64,000 nt of DNA, from the IMG/VR virus record IMGVR_UViG_3300008954_003475, positions 157,879-221,878 of that record. One strand, given 5' to 3'. The position numbers and the translations under genes are program-made. Shown piece by piece: positions 57,326-64,000 of this stretch (position 1 is the first letter of the stretch; each line of letters begins with the position of its first letter). Under the pieces are notes generated by a model. The model saw nothing but the letters and a program-made list of their open reading frames with translations, did no database searches and was not told where the DNA came from.

Positions 57326-57730
57326 TTAATTGTCCTTTTGTAATATAGAAAAGTTAAAAGCATCAAAGATATCATAACCATTTTCTGTTGCTAAAATATC
57401 AGTTTTCAACATTGCAAGCTCTATATTAGGTTCGCGAAAATTAATATGATCAAATCTTTTCTGCCTACTTCCTCTGACTAGACAAAAAACTTCTGATAAT
57501 TTATCTCTAAAACGCTCTGTATTTCTAAACTCTACGGGGTCTGTATAGATAGGGAAAACGACCGTTGCTATTTCTGCTCTTCTTTTCCAGGTTGGCTCTG
57601 TATTTCTAAAGTAGATTTCAGAATCTATTTCATCAGACCTATGAGCGCCAATATAAAAGTCAAAATGATGTTTAGAAAAAACGCTATACATCATTTTAAC
57701 CCAAGGCATTAGAGAGGGTGTATTACTCAT
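57326..57730 (-). CDS. Hypothetical protein
   Basis: 134-aa ORF tiling between neighbours. Confidence 0.6.
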   Translation of the reverse strand: MSNTPSLMPWVKMMYSVFSKHHFDFYIGAHRSDEIDSEIYFRNTEPTWKRRAEIATVVFPIYTDPVEFRNTERFRDKLSEVFCLVRGSRQKRFDHINFREPNIELAMLKTDILATENGYDIFDAFNFSILQKDN

Positions 57731-57732
57731 CT

Positions 57733-58107
57733 TCAGTTAGGCAGACTTCCGCTTATAAGCTTGTTGCAACATGAACATATAAATGGGCTAGCCATAACTG
57801 TTTCGTTATCTGAATAATCAAAGGTTACTTCATCATCGACATTTATCTCTTTGATTGCAATAACTTTGTGACCGTCTATTTTGCAGGAGGGGTTACAACT
57901 GTGGTTTATAAATGCGCCGATTTTGTCTTCAATATGCTTATTTTTTGCAACCTGAATAGATGTACGAGTCGGCCTATGTAATACTTCTCCACTCAAATAC
58001 AGAACCGTATCATTAGCATCAAACTTTCGTTTAACAAAGATACCGCTCTGTCCAGGCTTATTTGCTATTGGGGCTATACAAAGACTGTTTAGGTCTAAGT
58101 CTTTCAT
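57733..58107 (-). CDS. SET-domain protein with post-SET-like cysteines
   Basis: GIFVKR, FINHSCNPSC, DEVTFDY, FICSCC. Confidence 0.85.
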   Translation of the reverse strand: MKDLDLNSLCIAPIANKPGQSGIFVKRKFDANDTVLYLSGEVLHRPTRTSIQVAKNKHIEDKIGAFINHSCNPSCKIDGHKVIAIKEINVDDEVTFDYSDNETVMASPFICSCCNKLISGSLPN

Positions 58108-58108
58108 T

Positions 58109-58618
58109 TTAAGAGTCCTTGTTGTATTGTGTTACTTTTATTCCATAATTTTTAAGAAGAGCAACCCCTTCATCGTCATATTTGTTTATATAAATAATAT
58201 GTTTTATATCTGAATTTATTATAGCCTTTGCACACATAATACAGGGAGATAGTGTGATATACATTTTCTTATCTTTTGGAAAATTAAAATCACATTTAAG
58301 CAAAGCATTTACTTCAGCATGTATAAAACCAGAGCAATCTTTTTCTTGAGAGAACCTCCTGTTTGGACCTCCCTTTTCATCGCCATTATAGCCTATTGCC
58401 AAAACTTGAGTGTTGTCCAGAGTTACAATGACAGCCCCAACTTTATACTTTGTATCACACGATCTTTGTGATATTGACTTTGCAAAGTTAGACCAAATAT
58501 AATCCCAGCTTGGTCTAACATTAGCGGTTGGGCAGTTAGTTGGGCAGCTCTCAGGATTTTTTAGTATCGTCTCTTGACGCCAACCATATTTGTATGAATC
58601 TGTAATTCCATCAGACAT
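58109..58618 (-). CDS. dCMP deaminase
   Basis: KVGAVIV, IGYNG, HAEVNAL, LSPCIMC. Confidence 0.9.
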   Translation of the reverse strand: MSDGITDSYKYGWRQETILKNPESCPTNCPTANVRPSWDYIWSNFAKSISQRSCDTKYKVGAVIVTLDNTQVLAIGYNGDEKGGPNRRFSQEKDCSGFIHAEVNALLKCDFNFPKDKKMYITLSPCIMCAKAIINSDIKHIIYINKYDDEGVALLKNYGIKVTQYNKDS

Positions 58619-58684
58619 TTAATTCTCCTATAATAAACTTAAGATGGTTATACTTTTATGATAAACACAAATCAATTTTTATAG

Positions 58685-59011
58685 CTAAAAGGCTATAGAC
58701 TCGCCACAGCCGCAGGTTCTAGTTGCCCCTGGTACGTTTAATTTTATTCCAGATTTAAAGGGACTTTCTTCATAGTCAATTTCCATTCCATTTAAAAAAA
58801 GATATGATTTTTTATCTATACAAATCTTTACTGAATCAAATTCAAAAACCTTATCAGCCTCGGAAGCTTCTGATATAAAATCAAAAACATAAGTGAAGCC
58901 AGAACAGCCGCCGCCCTTTAGTCCTATCCGCAAATAAGAATCTTCACATTGAGTTCTTTTCATAAGGTTATGAATCCTATCAGCTGCGAAGTCTGTTATT
59001 GTAATTGCCAT
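58685..59011 (-). CDS. iscA: IscA/HesB-family Fe-S cluster assembly A-type carrier
   Basis: GGGCSGFTY, LNGMEIDY, CGCGES. Confidence 0.92.
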   Translation of the reverse strand: MAITITDFAADRIHNLMKRTQCEDSYLRIGLKGGGCSGFTYVFDFISEASEADKVFEFDSVKICIDKKSYLFLNGMEIDYEESPFKSGIKLNVPGATRTCGCGESIAF

Positions 59012-59883
59012 TATAATATCCTTGTAAATAACGAAGAATTATCAGAAAGCTTTAAATGTTTCTTGAATTTTACAACATTTCTCATAACGCCCCAAGGCGG
59101 ATAACGCAAACCAAGCTCTTCGCCCATAAGCCTTGCAGCTTCTAACTGTTTGCTCTCAGCCAAATTATATACATCATCAACTGCAAATCCCAAGTTTTCA
59201 AAATCTTCTTTCAACTCTTTCAATCCATCAACCTCTATCAGCATCAGGCGTAGCTGCCAAAGGAATAAATCTAAAACTTCATAGTAACTCATTTCTTTGA
59301 TCAAAACGGGCAAAAACTTCACACCTAATGCGATATGTCTGGCTTCGTCCTTTTCATATAGCCTTAAAAGGTTGCACAAGACTGGGTCAATATCGCTTTG
59401 TATTACAAGCTTAAAGATGGTGATTGCTATTGGCTCAACCATAAGCTGCATACCCAACAGCTTTTTGGGCAAACTATTTGTGTTTAAAACAAAGTTTAAA
59501 GCTTTAGAGGCATTTCGAGGCAAAGGCTCGGGCTCAACACCGATGTAATTAAGATAATCTCGCATAACATAAAAATGTCTTGCTTCATCATGAGCCTGTG
59601 ATGTTGCTGCCATTTTGGCTTCAAAGGAATCAATCTTTAAAGCAAGTTCTGCAGATACATTCCAAGCCGCATATTCTCCCCAGAATATTACAGAAAATAT
59701 ATTTTTTATAGAATCTATCTGTTCTTTAGAAAGGCTCGGACTCCCATGTTCTTCTATTAATGAAGACAGGATGCTCTTACCGTCCCAAATATTATTTTGA
59801 CCCTTGTGATACAACCCCTCTAAAACCCTAGAGTACTCAAGGTTATTATCGGATAATATATTATATGGTAAAAGATGCTTCAT
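59011..59883 (-). CDS. Ferritin-like diiron protein (AurF / aldehyde-deformylase-like)
   Basis: GEYAA...DEARH...VEPIA...DEARH paired E / ExxH ligands. Confidence 0.8.
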   Translation of the reverse strand: MKHLLPYNILSDNNLEYSRVLEGLYHKGQNNIWDGKSILSSLIEEHGSPSLSKEQIDSIKNIFSVIFWGEYAAWNVSAELALKIDSFEAKMAATSQAHDEARHFYVMRDYLNYIGVEPEPLPRNASKALNFVLNTNSLPKKLLGMQLMVEPIAITIFKLVIQSDIDPVLCNLLRLYEKDEARHIALGVKFLPVLIKEMSYYEVLDLFLWQLRLMLIEVDGLKELKEDFENLGFAVDDVYNLAESKQLEAARLMGEELGLRYPPWGVMRNVVKFKKHLKLSDNSSLFTRIL

Positions 59884-59905
59884 AACACTTTATGCTTATA
59901 CATTA

Positions 59906-60142
59906 CTAACTTTTGATATTTAAATGTCTATGCTCATTGATAAGGTCTATCATATAGACTTTATACCTAGCCTCTGACATGCCGCCTATTACATGCTCAA
60001 GCTGTTCGTCACTTAGTTCGAAACTAATATCTGTCACAATCTCTTCAAGCATAGCATTTTTTTCTTTAAGCTTCTCTATCTGATCTAAAGACTTCATATA
60101 ATTATCAGATTGAAGCTGAAACCATCGCTTATAATCATTCAT
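59906..60142 (-). CDS. Small protein with internal double-glycine leader-like motif
   Basis: ELSDEQLEHVIGG followed by a 24-aa tail. Confidence 0.6.
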   Translation of the reverse strand: MNDYKRWFQLQSDNYMKSLDQIEKLKEKNAMLEEIVTDISFELSDEQLEHVIGGMSEARYKVYMIDLINEHRHLNIKS

Positions 60143-60440
60143 CCTTTCCTCTTATTTTTACCCACAAACCCCATGTTGCCGGAACCATAATTGGATGCAA
60201 ACAAAGCATCCAGCTGATTGGTGCGCCTGTTATAAACCAGGGGTTTACATGCTTTCCAAGCCAAAGAAACAGGATCGGAAACATTATATCTTCAATTACT
60301 TCCCAGATTATTATAATGACAAGCAAAGCTGTGCCATGCTTTTTTAATATACCTAATAAATAAGATGGTTTAAAATGTTCCAACTTATGCTTGAGCCTGT
60401 TTTTTATCCAGACAAAAGGCTTTAAAAATGATTTAAACAT
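60135..60440 (-). CDS. Hypothetical membrane protein
   Basis: Two to three hydrophobic helices. Confidence 0.6.
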   Translation of the reverse strand: MFKSFLKPFVWIKNRLKHKLEHFKPSYLLGILKKHGTALLVIIIIWEVIEDIMFPILFLWLGKHVNPWFITGAPISWMLCLHPIMVPATWGLWVKIRGKDE

Positions 60441-60446
60441 TGTATT

Positions 60447-61499
60447 TTAGAATGGTATATTTTTCTTAGAAGTACAAGGTATAGTTGCAACTAATCCTTT
60501 TGTGTATCTAGAGTTTATTTTGCTATCTGGCTCACCAATAAGCTCTTTTAATCCTTTAAACTTTTCTGCATAGTCAACAAGATAAAGCGCATATTCCTTT
60601 TTAAAATATTTCATATCTGAAAACTTTTTAAACAAAGAATGAAAATGCGTAACCATAGTCTTTAAAGTGTTTATAGAAGAAATCTTCTTTCCATAAATTG
60701 TTTCAAGCTCAATTATTTTATTGCCATATTCTTCGTAATTTATATTTTTTGTATCAACATACAGTTTAAAGATATAATCTGTTAGTTTTGGTCCAAAATT
60801 AATACTGTATCTATCTGAATATTTATAGGCCCTAAGAGCGCCAAAGACCCTCATTGCAATTGACGTTCTTTCGAATGGCTCTTGGCTGTTTATGCGTAAT
60901 TCAAAATTAGAAAATGCATCATCAATTCTATCATCATAATACAATACTCCATTGTGCCATGCGACTGCACAGTTGATGAAGTCAAATGATGATAGCAATT
61001 CTTCTACAGAAGATATAGGCTTCTTGATAAATTGAATCTCGCCACCATAGACGGGATGTATCTTTCTGTGTGTAGAAGATCGAAAGGAATTAGCCCAACC
61101 AGTTGATTTGCATAATCCGTCCAAGCCTAGTGGACCACCAATAAAAGTTTTTTGATTATAGGTTGGGTCAGGAGATAAACTTTTTGCTTTAGATCCTAAC
61201 TGATCCTCTTTCTTTCCCACTAGCCAATGATGTTCGTGAGCATTATTATGAATTGGATTCGTATCATCAAACCAAATGTCAATATCACCGAAAGAATCTA
61301 TCATTGCATTTTTTGGAGTTGTTACCAAAGAACGCTTTAAGGTTTCCCATCTAAGATCTGTATCATGAAGATTGAAAGCGCGATACAGAGATAACATTGA
61401 CCCGCCAGCAATTATTGGATCAAGAGAAAGCAGTTTGCCAGGAGGCAGAATAAACTCTACAAACCAATTTATACGATCATTTTCGATGGTTTTAATCAC
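60447..61499 (-). CDS. Putative nucleotidyltransferase (CCA / polyA-polymerase head-like)
   Basis: IIAGGS, GDIDIWF (GG + DxD), IQFI, SFDFINCAVAW. Confidence 0.6.
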   Translation of the reverse strand: MIKTIENDRINWFVEFILPPGKLLSLDPIIAGGSMLSLYRAFNLHDTDLRWETLKRSLVTTPKNAMIDSFGDIDIWFDDTNPIHNNAHEHHWLVGKKEDQLGSKAKSLSPDPTYNQKTFIGGPLGLDGLCKSTGWANSFRSSTHRKIHPVYGGEIQFIKKPISSVEELLSSFDFINCAVAWHNGVLYYDDRIDDAFSNFELRINSQEPFERTSIAMRVFGALRAYKYSDRYSINFGPKLTDYIFKLYVDTKNINYEEYGNKIIELETIYGKKISSINTLKTMVTHFHSLFKKFSDMKYFKKEYALYLVDYAEKFKGLKELIGEPDSKINSRYTKGLVATIPCTSKKNIPF

Positions 61500-61509
61500 A
61501 ATGTTTTCC

Positions 61510-61626
61510 TTATGATAATCGGTTTAAATATTCTTTTATAAGAACAAGTTGCGCTTCGTCTAAAGTTGTAATCTCAGGATGACAAATATAGCCGCGAAGC
61601 CAAAATACAAATTCACGTTCAGTCAT
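61510..61626 (-). CDS. Small phage protein (38 aa; not in ORF track)
   Basis: MTEREFVFWLRGY...LDEAQLVLIKEYL; start overlaps the upstream stop. Confidence 0.55.
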   Translation of the reverse strand: MTEREFVFWLRGYICHPEITTLDEAQLVLIKEYLNRLS

Positions 61627-61897
61627 TACTGCGCCCCCAATGGGTAGATCTTTCTCTTAGCCTATCAAGAATCCAAGTGTCTGGCTCTCCAGTTCTGCAC
61701 TTAGCTATGCCGTATGGCATTTCCTCTGCGTAATAATCAAATAATTTATAATACGCCTCTGTTTCGCAGAAGAAAATATGTTCCGCATCAACCTTAGATA
61801 CATCTAATAGAATTAAAGAAACATATATTATTTCTTCTGGAGTTAAAACCTCCAAAAGTTCTTCATCAAAACATAAATCAAACTCTGTATTAATCAT
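61619..61897 (-). CDS. Hypothetical protein
   Basis: MPYGIAKCRTGEPDTWI phage-type motif. Confidence 0.6.
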   Translation of the reverse strand: MINTEFDLCFDEELLEVLTPEEIIYVSLILLDVSKVDAEHIFFCETEAYYKLFDYYAEEMPYGIAKCRTGEPDTWILDRLRERSTHWGRSND

Positions 61898-62246
61898 TAT
61901 CCAGCTTTATACCGTATGGTGCAGAATACATTTTAACATATCTGTCTTCACAAAACAGAAACCAATTAGAATACCCAACCTGTTGATTGTGCGGCACGGC
62001 ATAAAAGGTCGCTCTTGTCCATACATTATCTTCTGGAGCGTAGGTACAGCGAATCTTTAGAGTAAGACTGTTTGGAACAGTGCCCCAATAAAGACTTTCG
62101 CAACCTGCTTGATCCATATTGACAAGAGTGCCGTCTATACAGGGGCTTTCTGAAACTGCAATATAAGTTTCTTTAGAAATCTTATAAGGAGAAATCTTAT
62201 GAGAATTGCATCCAATCAAAAACAGCAGGGGCAAAGCTTTATTCAT
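61890..62246 (-). CDS. Putative lipoprotein
   Basis: Lipobox-like LFLIG-C after a short hydrophobic signal. Confidence 0.6.
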   Translation of the reverse strand: MNKALPLLFLIGCNSHKISPYKISKETYIAVSESPCIDGTLVNMDQAGCESLYWGTVPNSLTLKIRCTYAPEDNVWTRATFYAVPHNQQVGYSNWFLFCEDRYVKMYSAPYGIKLDND

Positions 62247-62255
62247 ATCTTTCGA

Positions 62256-62477
62256 CTAACAAAAGCCACCCTCTGTTGGGTTGGTAAAAAGGTGTAAGGA
62301 TAAGATGATTTCTTTTACATTTTTATCATAGTACATCATCATCATATCTTTCTTGGTAACTGCATCCATTTCATCTTCGGAAATTCTAATTTCTCCATCA
62401 CTCTTTTTTACAATTGCAGTTAAAAGTGTAAATAGCATTTCTTTGTCATTAAGAGCGGATCTTTCGTTACTATCCAT
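62256..62477 (-). CDS. Hypothetical protein
   Basis: 73-aa ORF. Confidence 0.6.
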   Translation of the reverse strand: MDSNERSALNDKEMLFTLLTAIVKKSDGEIRISEDEMDAVTKKDMMMMYYDKNVKEIILSLHLFTNPTEGGFC

Positions 62478-62494
62478 TGTGTTGTCTTCCTGTG

Positions 62495-62716
62495 TTATCT
62501 TGCAGAATTTATATCATATTTGTTATACAAATCATTTTTACCAATAATGCTTCCACTGTAATCTGGGTTTACTACCTTTCTGTTGTTCCAATAAATTGTT
62601 TCAACAACATACTTTTCTATATCTGGATAATAAGTCAAAACACGGTGTCCGTAATCTTTATCGTCTAAAGCACGAACTTCTTTCCCAGCCAAACTATCTG
62701 AATCAAACATTATCAC
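62495..62716 (-). CDS. Hypothetical protein
   Basis: 73-aa ORF. Confidence 0.55.
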   Translation of the reverse strand: MIMFDSDSLAGKEVRALDDKDYGHRVLTYYPDIEKYVVETIYWNNRKVVNPDYSGSIIGKNDLYNKYDINSAR

Positions 62717-63206
62717 ACCCTTCTATGATAAGTAAATCAATTTCATCGGCAGCTTTGATATGTCCCATCGAATCTAAATAATTAGAAAGTTTTATAAGGC
62801 TGTGCTTAACCTTTGAAGTAATATCGTTAGGCCGGGAAGAACTATCTTTATTACCCAGAAGAATTGCATGATCTTCTTTTATTCTGGTCAATATTTCGCA
62901 AGGAACGCCAGCCTCTTCAAACCACTTTACTTCACGCTTGCTATGTGCAAGCATTTCTTTTTCCGGAAACCCTTTTTCTTCAAGTTCTTTATGCTCTTTT
63001 AAAAGTTTCTTTTTAATTTTATCGGAAAGAAAAGGAACCGCCTCTTCTTTTTCAAATTCAAAATGACATTCGGGGCAACATGAAGTTTCCTCTTTCGCCT
63101 GTTTTTTTTCGCTGCATGATTCACATGCGGCTTTATTTAAAGAATCAACACTCCAGGTGTATGGTTCGTTCAAATAGGTTGCAAGATTTGTAATTCTATC
63201 AGTCAT
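62703..63206 (-). CDS. Cys/His-containing protein with C-terminal tag-family motif
   Basis: CESC, CCPECH, EH..HSKRE..EDH; SLIKLSNYLDSMGHIKAADEIDLL. Confidence 0.7.
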   Translation of the reverse strand: MTDRITNLATYLNEPYTWSVDSLNKAACESCSEKKQAKEETSCCPECHFEFEKEEAVPFLSDKIKKKLLKEHKELEEKGFPEKEMLAHSKREVKWFEEAGVPCEILTRIKEDHAILLGNKDSSSRPNDITSKVKHSLIKLSNYLDSMGHIKAADEIDLLIIEGCDNV

Positions 63207-63234
63207 TTATAATCCTTCATGTATACCGATACTA

Positions 63235-63432
63235 TTAGTATTTCTCATCCACCCAGCTATAGAACAAACATCCGATTATTATAGAAATAAATCCTGGCAA
63301 AAATGCAAGATGAGTTCTCAGCGTCCACGGTTTGTCGAAGTTTTTGAATGGACCATCGAAAACAAAGAACCATCGATCTGCAAATTCAATGAAAACATTG
63401 CCAATGAATCTACATGCTTTATTCTTTCTCAC
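63235..63432 (-). CDS. Small membrane protein
   Basis: 65-aa ORF with a C-terminal TM helix. Confidence 0.5.
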   Translation of the reverse strand: MRKNKACRFIGNVFIEFADRWFFVFDGPFKNFDKPWTLRTHLAFLPGFISIIIGCLFYSWVDEKY

Positions 63433-63536
63433 TCTGCGCCTCCAGCTATAACAGGATTTGTTGACATTAAAAATTCATTATCAACAAGGCTGCTGATAAG
63501 CCAGCTTGCATTATCATTTTTAATTTTTCTTATCAT
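63429..63536 (-). pseudogene. 35-aa remnant resembling the N-terminus of the 60447-61499 nucleotidyltransferase
   Basis: MIRKIKNDNASWLISSLVDNEFLMSTNPVIAGG vs MIKTIENDRINWFVEFILPPGKLLSLDPIIAGG; stops right after the GG motif. Confidence 0.55.
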
Positions 63537-63554
63537 CAGATTACTTTTCTTTAT

Positions 63555-63788
63555 TCATTTTACCTGCTCAAAATAGGCGTCCATTCTTTCTGCTGTGATG
63601 TAGTGGACGTATTCAAAGAAATACTCCACACGGACATATTCATCACGCCGCCATTTCAGGCAGTAGAGATAGAAGAACAGACCACGAATCCAGTTGGGTC
63701 CAAAGTCCTTTCCAGGAATCCCATCCATGTCTTCCACGTCATAGCCTGGAGCAATCCGCAACAGGTAGAGAATAGAGCGCAGCATCAC
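63555..63788 (-). CDS. Hypothetical protein
   Basis: 77-aa aromatic-rich ORF. Confidence 0.5.
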   Translation of the reverse strand: MMLRSILYLLRIAPGYDVEDMDGIPGKDFGPNWIRGLFFYLYCLKWRRDEYVRVEYFFEYVHYITAERMDAYFEQVK

Positions 63789-63913
63789 TCATTTCCTTGG
63801 TCATATACTGTCGTCGCAAAACAGCCTTCTTCATATTCTGAACCAGCAAACACGATCCATCCGTTTGCTACTCGTCTGATTATAATGTCTGTGTCTTCGA
63901 TGTTAGGTTTCAT
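63785..63913 (-). CDS. Small hypothetical protein (42 aa; not in ORF track)
   Basis: MKPNIEDTDIIIRRVANGWIV...; ATGA overlaps at both ends. Confidence 0.5.
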   Translation of the reverse strand: MKPNIEDTDIIIRRVANGWIVFAGSEYEEGCFATTVYDQGNE

Positions 63914-64000
63914 TTTATTTCTTCTCTCGGATTCTTCGTTAGATTTGATAGAATGAATCCCTTGTGTTCGCCCCAGTCTTCACAGATTTCTGTCTCCCCC

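Noticed and set aside
1-64000. Stop-codon reassignment (alternative genetic code)
   Set aside because: Conserved enzymes are full length under code 11, TAA, TAG and TGA all end genes, and coding density is high
1-64000. Eukaryotic giant virus or cellular chromosome origin (suggested by GSII, AsnB, SET, GroEL)
   Set aside because: Shine-Dalgarno sites, sigma factor, HU, sigma70 promoters, fibre genes, many small orphans and scattered single metabolic genes fit a large bacteriophage; not formally proven without capsid or terminase genes

Overview
AT-rich, gene-dense segment of a large (jumbo/huge) tailed bacteriophage genome. Nearly all genes lie on the minus strand, use the standard code and have GGAG-type ribosome-binding sites; sigma70-like promoters and intrinsic terminators are present. 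Content: a sigma factor with a Zn-ribbon insert, a Cas4/RecB-like nuclease, an FtsK / CHC2 Zn-finger / SbcD / SbcC block, two tail-fibre-like proteins, HU, KhpA, two Hsp20s, GroEL, MoxR-VWA, an M16 peptidase, nucleotide enzymes (ThyX, dCMP deaminase, PurA, IMPDH/GMP reductase), glutamine synthetase II, AsnB, TilS, TrmH, tRNA-Leu(UAA), a SET-domain protein, IscA and a ferritin-like diiron protein. The most striking unexplained feature is a family of at least 8 otherwise unrelated proteins, clustered at 28978-38780 with outliers elsewhere, sharing an amphipathic ELxKLAxxLDxxGxxxxAxxLDxLxK[TS]A tag. Several also carry peptidoglycan-binding-like domains, a conserved C-terminal cap or Arg-rich tails, suggesting a capsid-targeted, protease-matured set of ejection proteins. 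All product calls come from motif recognition by eye; no database searches were run.
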